Positions 44,858 to 57,196 of a DNA stretch of 64,000 nt are shown in pieces. The first letter of the stretch is position 1; the number at the start of each line of letters is the position of its first letter. The notes beneath the pieces are model-generated. The model had not been told where the DNA came from. It saw only the letters and a list, made by a program, of their open reading frames with translations, and did not search any database. The stretch covers positions 4,526,001 through 4,590,000 of the forward strand of contig OZ024750.1 in assembly GCA_964016885.1 (NCBI GenBank), given 5' to 3'. The translations under genes and the position numbers were made by a program. The DNA comes from Eledone cirrhosa. Lineage: Eukaryota.

Positions 44858-44974
44858 TTATTGACACGTGTTTCTATAACAGTTACATAACCTAAAACAG
44901 CTATCTACAAACTTTTAGTTATGCAGACATTCAATATTTCAATGTTATTATTTACTGTCATTTCATCAGAATAA
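44858..44974 (-). ncRNA. Type I hammerhead ribozyme with an 88-nt branched stem II
   Basis: Reads UUAUU-CUGAUGA-[AAUGACAGU...ACUGUUAUA]-GAAA-CACGUG-UC|AAUAA. Palindromic stem III ACACGUGU and GUC triplet. Confidence 0.8.
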
Positions 44975-45074
44975 TATTACTGAGGACCTATTTAGTTTTT
45001 ATAGAGAATATTAGGAGGGAGGGGTGAAGTTGTTAGAAGAATAGTTGAAGGAGTGGTTTTTCGATAGCAGTGAG

Positions 45075-45170
45075 AATTCTTGGTGGCAGTGAGTAATTAG
45101 ATTCCCATCTGTTGTTTTGACATTTTTTATAGAATATATTATTGGTTATTTTTCTAAATCTATAGAAGGA
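45075..45170 (-). pseudogene. Possible decayed C-terminus of a Penelope-like GIY-YIG endonuclease
   Basis: Hand translation with frameshifts gives DLEK*PIIYSIKNVK/NNRWE/LITHCH. This resembles the EK..I...LNKRxELxxxCRH tail of some PLE endonucleases and lies just upstream of the HHR on the same strand. Confidence 0.35.
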
Positions 45171-45315
45171 TTAGAGATAGTAAAGATATGCGTGGTTGGT
45201 TATATATATATATATATAAATTCAGCGAGAATCGCATTTCGGCGGGTAGGAAAAGTGAAACGTTGCGCAAATTCCGAGTCATGCTGTCAAGCGCTCCATG
45301 GGCTAAAGACCAGAG

Positions 45316-45369
<54 letters not shown>

Positions 45370-45373
<4 letters not shown>

Positions 45374-45513
45374 TTAATATAGATGAGATTCTACAGGACT
45401 AGAACTGTATCATTCATTAGAAATCATCAGGAATCTATATTAAAACTGTTATACTCTGCTATGTATTGAGTACCTTACTTACTGTGGTTACCTCCGATTC
45501 AACCCGGAATAAC

Positions 45514-45514
<1 letters not shown>
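45370..45514. mobile_element. HHR family H1 copy with inversion; hammerhead 45386-45436 (-) with GAAA->GAUA
   Basis: Minus strand reads AGAUUC-CUGAUGA-UUUC(uaau)GAAU-GAUA-CAG(uucuaguc)CUGU-A|GAAUCU. The remainder of the element is in + orientation, with (AT)n on both sides. Confidence 0.72.
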
Positions 45515-45565
<51 letters not shown>

Positions 45566-45586
45566 ATATGTGTATATATATATGTA

Positions 45587-45648
<62 letters not shown>

Positions 45649-46101
45649 TATATATATATATATAAGATCTAACGCATACATAGGATGCGGGTAATTATAC
45701 ACACAAGTCACTTGCACACACACACACACACATACTGAGAGAGAGAGAGAGATAACAAGATCGGACACATGATTTAAGTCGGAATAGAAGAGGTCTGGAT
45801 AAAGGGGAAGTAATTCGGTGCTACGGCGGGATTAGTTTGGCCGATAGAAAACTTAACGTTAGCAGGCAATTATCTGCTATAGAGAGATTAAATGGAGCGG
45901 TGAGAGTGTTGTATAGCTTCAGGCCCCTACATCGTTATTTAGCTCTACAAAAACACACACACATACTAAAAATACGAAATTATATATATATATATATATA
46001 GAGAGAGAGATATAGATATATATATAGATATATACTTAGATATATATATATATATATATAGATATATACTTATATATATATTTATATATATATATGTATG
46101 C

Positions 46102-46136
<35 letters not shown>

Positions 46137-46661
46137 ATATATATAAATATATATATATATTTATAACACACACACATACATATATATATATATGTATGTA
46201 TGCATATATATATATATATATGTATGTATATATATATATTATATATATATATAAATATATATATATATGTATAACACACATATATATATATATACATTCA
46301 TACATACATAAAGCCACTCGTTATACTAATACTAATAATAATAACACATGAGGTAAGAGGAGGGGGGGGGCATAAAATAAAAAAGATATAAAAGGAGGCT
46401 GAGAGTCAGAGAAAAATGAATAAAAGAAAAGGATTAAGAAAAGGTGGTAATGGGGGAGGGGCAGAGAGTGAAGTAGGAGAAGATTGATACAGAGAGAGGG
46501 AGGGAGAGAGTGTGAGTAAGAGGGGGAGTATAGCCCCTCCGATTGAAGTGGGAAATAAGGTCTCACTTAGTGCAAATGAAAATGGACTGGAGGTGAAGAT
46601 AAAATAAAACAAAACAATATGGAAAAAGATAAAATAGAATGAGATTTAGATTCTATTTCTC

Positions 46662-46896
46662 AGGGTCCCAGCGGTCAGAATAGAGAAACTTAGGGTCCCA
46701 GCGGTCAGAATAGAGAAACACAGGGTCCCAGGGTCAGAATAGAGAAACTTAGGGTCCCAGGGTCAGAATAGAGAAACTTAGGGTCCCAGCGGTCAGAATA
46801 AAGAAACATAGGGTACCAGGGTCAGAATAGAGAAACTTAGGGTCCCAGCAGTCAGAATAGAGAAACTTAGGGTCCCAGCGGACAGAATAGAGAAAG
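46662..46896. repeat. 29-30-bp minisatellite (agggtcccagcggtcagaatagagaaactt), 8 copies
   Basis: Head-to-tail units with no spacers. Confidence 0.92.
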
Positions 46897-47469
46897 TGTT
46901 AACCCGGAGGAAAGCGAAGGAGATGCTGTATAGAAACACCTATTCTAATCCACGGGGGGATTACTCCTGCGGGTGGCCAACTCCGTCCCGATATCACAGA
47001 ATAGGGAGGTAGCTAGGGAACCCAAGAACTCTGAAATTCCCCATCTACCACTAGAAATTCGATGACAAACTTATCGCAAAACGTCCGATACAGTTCGTAC
47101 TCTTCAACTTGTCAGGCAACAAAAACTGAGTCTGCTGAGTATTCAGTAAATAGATTATGTTAGATATTGAAACAATAGATTTTGCTTTAATTAATTGTGG
47201 GGAGAGGTGTATATAGGTTAACAATGTAGGAGCGATGCTAGAGCTGTAAAATCTTGCATTAATTGCAACAACTCTTATCAATAAATGCATTGTTTTTTCC
47301 AGGGACTTTGTTGAAAAATAAACCTCATTTGGTCATTCCATGAGAGTATCTTGGACTTTATTTTATTAAAACCTGGTTCAACCCATCTCCTCTCCAGGTA
47401 TGAAGACAACAGATTTCTTCCAGAGAGAGATAGAGACTAAGACAACGAAAGTGAAAAACAGATATAGAA

Positions 47470-47850
47470 GAAGAATCGACCCCAGTACTTGACTGGTACT
47501 TTTTTTATCGACCTCGAATGGATGAAAGATAAAGTTGACCTCGGCGGGATTTGAAGTCACAAAGCAGAGAGCTGAAATAGATACCGCAAGGTATTCTATC
47601 CGATGTTCTAACGATATTGCCAATTCGCTGCCTACACTAACACCAATAATTGTTTCTACTTTTGGCACAAGGCCAGCAATTACCCCAGTGTATTACTGGT
47701 AATTTATTTTATCAACCCCGTAAGGATGAAAAGCAAAGTTAACCTCGGCGGGATTTGAACTCAGAATGGAAAGGGCCGTAACTATTCGTCAAAGCATGGC
47801 GTCCGACCCTCTACCGATACTGCCAATTCGCTGCCTACACTAACGCCAAT
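47470..47850 (-). mobile_element. Two tandem SINE A copies
   Basis: Both share the flank ccaattcgctgcctacactaac. Confidence 0.8.
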
Positions 47851-48720
47851 AATATATTTTATTCTATTACCATATCCCGCGCGTGTGTGTGTGAGTGGGG
47901 TGGGGGGCGCGACTGTGTGTGTGTGGGGGGGGTTTGCTTTGTTTTCTTTGTAATTTGTCGATGTCGTTTGTTTCGTATCATCCTTAACAGCCAATATAGT
48001 CTACAGCATGAAAATATGTGGTTTGGTGAGAGGTGAGGAGAAGGGGGGAGGGGGAGAAGAAGAAGAAGAAGAAGAAGAAGAAGAAGATTAAGCAAGAGAG
48101 GAAGTAAAGGAGGTGATCACTACACCACCACCCTGGTCATCTATCCTAAATCTAACACCTACCGGAACTAGAACCAGTTAATAAAAGCTGTAAGCAGTGG
48201 CAAATCTATCAGCCTGACGCCATTAAGAAAGTGTAATTGTTTAGCAGAACTAGAAAAGATGGGAAAAGGCGAGGAACGACCAAACACAGTCGTCAATCAA
48301 AGGTAAATTTGGCAACAGGCCATTCCAAAGAATCCTCCCCCTCCTCTTCCTCTTCCTCCTTCTCCTTCTCTTCCTACTGCTGCTGTTGCTGCTGTTGCTG
48401 CGGCGGCGACGGCGGCGGCGGCGCACTATTGCAAATGAATCGAATTCCTTTGCTATTTCCAAGCGTACGTCATACCATCTGCCCGATAGAGAAATATATA
48501 GAGGTGGAGATGGAGGTGGTGGTGGTGGTGGTGGTGGTGGTGGTGGAGAGGGAGGATGAGAGGATGGGAGGAGGGAGTAAGAAAATGAAAGCAATTAAAT
48601 AGACAATAAAATGGAGAGAGAGAGAGAGGGAGAGAGAGAGAGAGAGGGATAGATAGAAAGACAGAGAGAGAAAGAGACAAAGAGAGAAAAAGAGACAAAG
48701 AGTGACACAGAAGAGGGAGA

Positions 48721-48752
<32 letters not shown>

Positions 48753-48873
48753 ATCAAAGACGAAGAGAGCGAGGGAGAAAGAAAGGGGGAGAGTGAGGGA
48801 AAGAAAGGGGGAGAGAGAGAGAGAAAGCCAGAAAGAAAGAAAAAAAGAAAGAAAGAGAGAAAGCGAGGGAGGG

Positions 48874-48906
<33 letters not shown>

Positions 48907-49363
48907 AGTAGGGAAAGAAAGAAATAAAGAGAGAGGTTAGCAAAGAAAGCGAAAGAAAGAGAAAGAGAAAGATAGGTAAGGAAAGAAAGAAAGAGAGAGG
49001 TGGTGTGTGAAGAAGAACAATAAGAGATTGTTGAGTGTTTCCAATTTCCTTCTCAACATAAAGATTATTTTACAATCTCTTTCGTTTGGCCTTTGTGGTT
49101 AAGAAGAACATTTTTGTGAATGACTCATAGAAAATGCGTCCGATCGTCTGGGCAGGTCAACAGAGTAAAAGAATGGAGTAAAACTACCTGAAAAGATGAA
49201 GGAATGGTAAATATGACGTCACGGTAGTTCTACCTTAGTTTAGATTTCTCTACAAACCCAAAATTAGTTTCTTTTCTGTTTTGGGTTAGGTTTTATATTT
49301 TTGGTATTTATTTATTGTTTATGTTGTTTTTTTTTTTTTCATTTCTTTATTTTTTTCACTTCT

Positions 49364-49417
<54 letters not shown>

Positions 49418-50172
49418 TGTGTGCTTGTGTGTGAGAGGGAGAGAGAGAGTGTGTGTGCTTGTGTGTGTGTGAAGGAGAGAGAGAGTGTGTGTGTGAGAGA
49501 GAGAGGGGGTGTTTGTGCGTGTGTGAGAGAGAGAGAGTGTATGTGAGAAAGAGAGGGAGTGTTTGTGTGTGAGAGAGAGAGAGTGTGTGTGTGTGAGAGA
49601 AAGAGAAAGAGTGTGTGCGAGAGAGAGAAAGTTTGTGTGTGGGAGAGAGAGAGAGAGAAAGAAATAGTGTATGTGAGAGAGAGACAGAGAGAGAAAGAAA
49701 GAGTTATGAGAGAGAGAGAGAGAGAGAGAGAGTGAGAGTGTGTGTGTGTGTGTGTGTGCGTACGTATGTGTATCTGTGTATGTGTGTGTGTGATTCTTTT
49801 AACTTTCTGGTATGATGGTAAAAAAAACAACTTAGTCATTGTTAAAACCTTTCATCCCATGTTTTTCTATCTTCTCAACATAACCCAACTGATTCCAGTA
49901 TTTGAATTCTTGACCCATATTCTGCTTTTGATTCACAGCCAATTCATTCTCACGAAGGGTTTTATTTTCTTGATAGCTAAAGGTATTAATCAGCCATTAA
50001 CCAGCAAGATTATTTCATATCCAATGAATAAATACACATAAAAAACAATGTTAACTGTCTATAGGAGATATCATTGATATATCTAGATGTAGCCTTGTGG
50101 TAAGGGTGTTGGACTTAAGATCATAGTGTCGTGTGTTCGATTCCTCGGCTGGGTTGCGTGTTGTGTTTCGCC

Positions 50173-50372
50173 NNNNNNNNNNNNNNNNNNNNNNNNNNNN
50201 NNNNNNNNNNNNNNNNNNNNNNNNNNNNNNNNNNNNNNNNNNNNNNNNNNNNNNNNNNNNNNNNNNNNNNNNNNNNNNNNNNNNNNNNNNNNNNNNNNNN
50301 NNNNNNNNNNNNNNNNNNNNNNNNNNNNNNNNNNNNNNNNNNNNNNNNNNNNNNNNNNNNNNNNNNNNNNNN
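50173..50372. other. Assembly gap (200 N)
   Basis: Run of N that interrupts a SINE tRNA-like head (50090-50172). Confidence 1.
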
Positions 50373-50523
50373 CTCTGTATATATATATATATATATATAC
50401 ACACACTCACGCACACAGACATATATACATATGCACACAGATTTATACATACATACACACATACATATATATGAAGAATATCAACTCTGTCTCTGTCTCT
50501 CTCTCTCTCACATATATATGTAT

Positions 50524-50602
<79 letters not shown>

Positions 50603-50683
50603 TATACACAAAGATATATATATATATTTGTGTGGGAGAGAGGAATGAGGGAGAGGAATCTCACCGAGCTCAACGCCAACTCT

Positions 50684-50724
<41 letters not shown>

Positions 50725-51185
50725 AAAACAAAATACAGAAATCAGTAGAAGAATCACAGAGCCAGAAACTATGGCAAGAGAGAATAGGTCACAAGTAAAT
50801 AGGAACAATGGCAGGACCTATAAAATGGGGTTGTTGTTATAGACGGGATAAAAGAGAGGAAATTGGAGAACATTTTCAGGAATTATGTTTTCCAGAGAAG
50901 GGGATCTCTTGCCTTATTTCTGAAGATTCTCGGAACAAATCAACTGGAAATATAAAAAGATGGGCTAAAAATAACGGATTAGATTTTTATGAAAGTTGTA
51001 GAAGGTTTTTAACACAGACTTCATTTGACATCACTGATAATCCTAACATCTCTATTTCATCCCCCTTCTCTCTCTATCTATATAATCATCTATCTATCTA
51101 TATAACTATCTATCTATTTCTCTAACTATCTATCTCTCTATCTATCTCTCTAACTATCTATCTCTCTAACCATCTATCTATCTAT

Positions 51186-51490
51186 TGAGTCTTCTTTGTA
51201 TATAAACCTGTAGGTTGAAGATGAGAGCAAAAGGAAGAAGGGAGCACTTGCACAACATGCTCCTGGAATTGAGGGTTGTTCTATCTACGGGATATAAAAC
51301 AACCCCTTTGTAACGTCTCCCCCCCCCCCCCACCCCTTGGGGATTTCGATTGTTAAATTTGTTTGTTAAAAATATATATATATATATATATTTTTTTTTT
51401 ACTCGATTGTCTGTAAAATCCCTGGCATATGTCTTTGTACCGCCCCCCCCCCTTTCTTGTGCACCCTTGTGGCAAATAAAGAAATCTATC
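51186..51490 (+). mobile_element. LINE-like 3' UTR fragment inserted in (TCTA)n
   Basis: Unique ~300 bp ending gtggcaaataaagaaa, with TCTA repeats on both sides. Confidence 0.55.
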
Positions 51491-51503
51491 TATCTATATA
51501 ACC

Positions 51504-51549
<46 letters not shown>

Positions 51550-51585
51550 ATGATGAGTCTGGAGGTGAAACTTCAGAGTAATAAG
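51550..51585 (+). ncRNA. 5'-truncated or decayed hammerhead remnant
   Basis: Reads (a)UGAUGA-GUC(ugga)GGU-GAAA-CUUCAGAG-UA. A related ggcaaaacttcagagta is at 6288-6304. Confidence 0.5.
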
Positions 51586-51705
51586 ACTTAATATACACCT
51601 TTAATAAAATGTATGTGTGTGTATGCATATGTATATAAATATATGTATGTGTGTGTATGCATATGTATATAAATATATGTATGTGTGTGTATGCATATGT
51701 ATATA

Positions 51706-51743
<38 letters not shown>

Positions 51744-52561
51744 CATATATATAGTCACCAAAAAATAATTACCAAAATAAGTAGAATCAGACTAGCCCCC
51801 CCCCCCCATTCACCCCTCTTCCCCCCACCCACCCATTCACCCACCCCTCCCTTTAATCATTTATATTTGAACAGTAAGATGGTGGCGGAGGTGGTGGGAG
51901 GAGGGTGATGGGGGCGGGGTGGTGTAATGGTTGACTCCATAATTACACTTTAACAACCTCCCCCACCCCAGAAAAAACCCATTTAATAACATCTGTTCAA
52001 GAAAGTTGTTATCCAACACTCACCGTCCCACCTACCCACACAACACCATTACCCACCCATATACCACCATCACCCTACCTACCCACACACCATCATCACC
52101 ACCACCAACCCTGAAATTGGTCCATCACTATCATCACCCTTCCGACAACGACCCTCCCTCACTAAAACTGCTTCAACACCACCACCGCCATCATTAACTA
52201 TACCACTGCGCCGCCACCACCACCATCACCACCATTAACTACATCACTACCCCCCACCACAACAATGACCACCACCACCATCGCCATCTTTAACTATACC
52301 ACTACCCCGCCCCCACCATTAACTACATCACTACCCCCCCCCCCCCCCCACCACCACCACCTCCCCATCATTACTATTATTGCTCAATCAGGGAATCTCA
52401 ATTTAGTTATCTTCTATGCCCCCTCTCCCATCCCTCCCCCTACTTCTTAGTCTTCAACCCCCCCCCCCACTGCCATTCCCTCCACCCCCACCACCAAAAC
52501 TAGTAGAAATTCCTACAGCCATTTCAGAGGTCCTTGATTTCATTTATTTAAATTTCCATAT

Positions 52562-52603
<42 letters not shown>

Positions 52604-53163
52604 TGTGCATGTATGTATGTCTGTGTATGTGTGTTAGTGTATTTCTGTGTGTCTGCATGTAGGCATATGTGTGGCTGTGCATGTATGTGTAACCGTGTAT
52701 GTGTGTGTCTTCATGTAGGCATATGTGTGTGTGTGTGTGTTGTAGCCACCTACACACAATTTTTAAATCTTACATCTCCATATAAAGTCAAGATCACTTT
52801 TCACCACATCCAATTACTCAACATAAATTTTAGGAATTTAAACACCTCCATTTCTAACCCTTACCCCTCACCATTCTTTTTAGGGGGAGGGAGTAATTTC
52901 CTTTTTTTATTTTATTGGACTGTGATTATGCTGGGACACTGTTTTTCTAGGGAATTTTCTGTAACCCTTTTAATACAGTAAAGTGTTTGGTGATAGGAAG
53001 GGCATCCAGTTCTAGAAACTATTCTAACCAAAGGGTTGGTGGTAATCTTCAGTTGTGTCAAGGACAGGACATGGCAACCTCCCTTGTATTGGTGATATGA
53101 TAAACACACCCAGTACACTCTGAAACGTAAGGGCATCTAGCCATAGAAACGTTTCTGATTTAA

Positions 53164-53367
53164 CCCTTTAGCATTTAAACCAGCCATAACCGGCCAGAAT
53201 TCTCTCACTTCTTTCTGTTTAAACTGGCTGTACCTGTCTGCTCATACTAATGTTAAGGTATTGATCTCAAAATATATAACATCAAAATCTCATAGATTCG
53301 ATATTATGAGATAATTATACCACAGAAAATACAATAGTATATATAGAGCAATGTAAATGCTAAAGGG
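53164..53367. mobile_element. piggyBac-like MITE (family P1)
   Basis: TIR CCCTTTAGCATTTA/TAAATGCTAAAGGG with TTAA on both sides. Confidence 0.85.
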
Positions 53368-53725
53368 TTAATTGACTTTCCCCTCTCCCAAAATTGTTGG
53401 CCTTGTACCTAAATCATAAATCGTTATTAATCTGGTGTTTATAACATAACTGTTCTCAAATAAAATTATGATAGAAAGTTTTTAGACAAACAGAAAGACT
53501 TTAAAATAAATAGTTTTGTATCTTATAATCCCTGGAGAGGAGATGGGCTTCACCAGGTTTTTAGAATGTTCTAGAAGAGCTGCATGTCAATACAGCACCA
53601 CAATGACTACTCCAGGAGTTACAGTAGAAAAAATAAAGGGATTTATAATCAGGGACAGTTTAAGGTAGTTTGGTAAGTAAAAAAGGGTTAAAAAAATAGA
53701 ATAAAAGAAAGTGGTTGTTACTTAC

Positions 53726-53860
53726 ATGTGAAATTTCTCCTGAATGTCTTGGAGACGTTTATGGCAGCTATCGTTTACCAAAGTCATCTTGGATATTATG
53801 GAGCTTTCATCTAAGGAATTCAATTCTGATTTCGTCTTCCACAATATTTATCAGAGATTT
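53726..53860 (-). other. Candidate spliced exon (135 nt), possibly 5' UTR plus start codon
   Basis: Branch-like ctaat, acceptor tttgttccatttttcag and donor CAT|GTAAGT. An ATG at 53787 gives MTLVNDSCHKRLQDIQEKFH, open to the donor. Confidence 0.4.
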
Positions 53861-54019
53861 CTGAAAAATGGAACAAATATATTCCAAATGTAAATTAGGT
53901 CAAGGAATAATAGGAGGTCAGAATAATTAGGTCAAGGAATAATGGAATAAGAGAAGAAAAGAATCATGGATTAAAGGAATTCATTCAGAAACAAATAAAA
54001 CCATTATCTGTGTATGTTG

Positions 54020-54115
<96 letters not shown>

Positions 54116-54196
54116 ATCAAAACACACTTTGATTACCTGTACAGGCAATATTTATTATGCTGTTGAGGTGTGTGTACATTTTTGGGGACACCCTGT

Positions 54197-54231
<35 letters not shown>

Positions 54232-54259
54232 ATCAATATATATTCATACACCCTGCTCC

Positions 54260-54530
54260 GTGACATAGAGTTACGGCCCTTTATGTTCCAAGTTCAAATC
54301 CCACCAAGATTAACTTTGCCTTTCATCCTTACAGGGTCGATAAAATAAAGTACCAGTAATGCACTGGGGTCTATTTAATCAACTCTCTCCTCCCCTCAAA
54401 ACTGTTGACCATGTGACCAAATCAGAAAGCATTTAACTTTGCCTTTCATCCCTACGGGGTCGATAAAATAAAGTACCAGTAATACACTGGGATAATTGCT
54501 GGCCTTGTGCCAAAAGTAGAAACAATTATT
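54260..54530 (+). mobile_element. Tandem truncated SINE A copies
   Basis: The core occurs twice, followed by the tail. Confidence 0.8.
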
Positions 54531-55397
54531 ATTATTATTATTATTACCATTATTATTATTGTTGTGAGATGCCAAAACTCGTTTCTTCAACGATTCCTTC
54601 TCAGAGTTATGCAAACACATCAACCAATCAATCAATCAACCATTGAACCATTCCAGATCAATACAATATACGAAGTGGACAACTATATTATACCTTACTG
54701 TATAGTGTTGCAGTTGTGATGGTGGTGGTGGTGGTAGTGTAGGTTGTGGTAGTGGTGGTGGTAGTTATATAGGCTATTGTAGTGGTGGTGGTGGTGATGG
54801 TGGTGATGGTGGTAGTGGTGGTGGTAGTGTAGGTTGTGGTAGTGGTGGTGGTAGTTATATAGGCTATTGTAGTGGTGGTGGTGGTGGTGATGGTGGTGAT
54901 GGTGGTGGTGGTGGTGGTGGTGGTGTAGGTTATTGTTGTTGCAGTAGTAGTAGTGGTGGTAGTGATGTTGGTTATTGTTGCTGTAGTAGTAGTAGTGGTG
55001 GTGGTAGTGGTAGTGCTGATGGTGGTAGTGATGTAGGTTATTGTTGCTGTAGTAGTAGTAGTGGTGGTGGTGGTAGTGGTAGTGATGATGGTAGTAGTGA
55101 TGTAGGTTATTGTTGGTGTAGTAGTAGTGGTGGTGGTGGTAGTGGTAGTGGTGGTGGTGGTGGAGGTAACAGGTGTTTGTGATGGGGGTGGTGATAGTGA
55201 TGCTGGTTATTGTAGAAGTAGCAGCAGTAGCAGCAGCAGTAGGCTATTTTGCTGATTGAGCAAGAATAAAGATTCTCCTTGACTAAGAAACTTCCCAATA
55301 TTATCTGGGAAAATCTAGGACAGAATTTCTAAATTGCAGCCAAAACAGATGAAAATATTAGATAAGTAAGGATTGACTTCTCTGTGAAGGGTGCGGG

Positions 55398-55514
55398 GGG
55401 ATTGGGGAGAGGGGGGTATTGGGGGAGGGAAAGTTAAGCATATTGATATAAACTATCAATATGCTTAACTTTCCCTCCCCTTATCTCCCCCAATACCCCC
55501 CTCTCCCCAATCCC
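55398..55514. repeat. G-rich/C-rich inverted repeat
   Basis: Inner arms gggagggaaagttaagcatattgata / tatcaatatgcttaactttccctccc. Outer arms gggattggggagaggggggtattggggga and its complement. Confidence 0.85.
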
Positions 55515-55714
55515 AATATATATACATATATATATGTATATATATATAAGTATGGGTGGGTGGGTGTGTTTTCAAAGAGAAAAAGAATGAATGAAAGGTT
55601 TTGGTTTTAAACCATATGCAGAATCATGGAATATTCCACAAAAAAAACATATATATATATACATATGTATATACATATATATATATATATATATACATAC
55701 ATACATACATACAT

Positions 55715-55797
<83 letters not shown>

Positions 55798-55826
55798 GAA
55801 AAGCTAATGTAAAAGCAATGATGATG

Positions 55827-55873
<47 letters not shown>

Positions 55874-56429
55874 ACACAGAAACATACATATATATATACA
55901 CTCATACATATATAAACAAATACATATATATATTATCTACATATAATTTGCAATGTTTTATTTGCTGTCACACAGAAGAATATACTGTGGAAGTAGGAGG
56001 CTGTCAAATGACAGAGAGAATGAGTGACAGTAGGAGAATGTAAATATGAGAGAGTGAGAGGAAGACAATAAGAGAGAAGGTGAAAGAAAAAGACTTTTGA
56101 GATTGGTTGAAGTGAGAGGTATTAACTGATTCAATTGAAAGAAGCAGATGATACAATTATTATCTAGTCTTCAGACATTGTTTCCAATAACATTTGAAAT
56201 GTGAGAAAACTGAGGTCAATTTTTGCTCTATATCTCTTTCTCACTTCCTCTTTACACCCCCCCTCTCTCCTTCTCTGGAAGAAATCGACTGTGGTCAAAC
56301 CTGGAGAGGGGACATATATATATATATAAAGTTATGTTGGTACCACAACATCCAGTCCAAACTAATGAGGTTGTGTAGGTGTCATGACAAAAAAACACAG
56401 TCCACGCTGTAATGTGGCCATGTAGGTAA

Positions 56430-57050
56430 CATGGTAAAAACCTCCCAGTCCACACTGTAAACGTGGTTGGTGTTAGGAAGGGCATCCAGCCGTAGAAAAC
56501 CTGCCAGATAGTCCTATACGAGCGAGACATGGTCACCCGATCAATCTTGCCTCAAGTGGGACAATTCCCATCTAACTCATGCTAGCGTGGAAGATAGACA
56601 TTAAACGATGATGATGATGATGATATATATGTGAGAAGATCCCCTTCGGTCTCTAATGACCATGTGAGGCACAAACCGGGCAGGGTTGTTTGTAGAAGAC
56701 CAGCAGTCACCCATGCATACCAGCCTCCCCTCTCCATGCCACCGATGTTGTCCAAGGGAAAGGCAATGGCTGATACAGCTTGACACCAGTGACATCACAG
56801 CTCATATATACACTGTATTTACACTATATATACATTATATATACACTATATATGATAATGTCCAAGAGAAAGGCAATGGCTGATACAGCTTGGCACCAGT
56901 GATGTCGCAACTCATTTCTACAGCTGAGTAAACTGGAGCAACGTGAAATAAAGTGTCTTGCTCAAGGACACAACACATCACCTGATCTGAGAATCCAACT
57001 CACAACCTATCGATTGCAAGGCCAATGCTCTAACCACTAAGCCATATACC
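56430..57050. mobile_element. SINE B (+, ~56430-56625) and SINE C (-, ~56635-57050)
   Basis: Homology to the copies at 12857 and 13925. Confidence 0.75.
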
Positions 57051-57065
57051 TTATTTCTCATTCTT

Positions 57066-57101
57066 TCTTCTGATGAAGGACTACCGTCCGAAATGTTAAG
57101 A
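57066..57101 (+). ncRNA. Minimal type I hammerhead (Penelope-type)
   Basis: Reads UCUU-CUGAUGA-A-GGAC(uacc)GUCC-GAAA-UG-UU|AAGA. Stems I and II are 4 bp, and stem III is loopless (ACGU-type, here AUGU). Confidence 0.65.
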
Positions 57102-57196
57102 CCCTCTTCCTGCTATATCAAGCGTTAACCTAATATATCCCTTCCATATACTGTACCGATTGTGTTGTTATTTCTGTTTACCTTTTATACACATAT

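Noticed and set aside
46662-46896. 30-bp repeats resembling a CRISPR array
   Set aside because: Units are directly adjacent with no unique spacers, the context is eukaryotic, and there are no cas genes.
48237-48602. ORFs with poly-S/C/G or poly-R/P runs
   Set aside because: Low-complexity trinucleotide repeats with no recognisable domain; more consistent with UTR or regulatory DNA.
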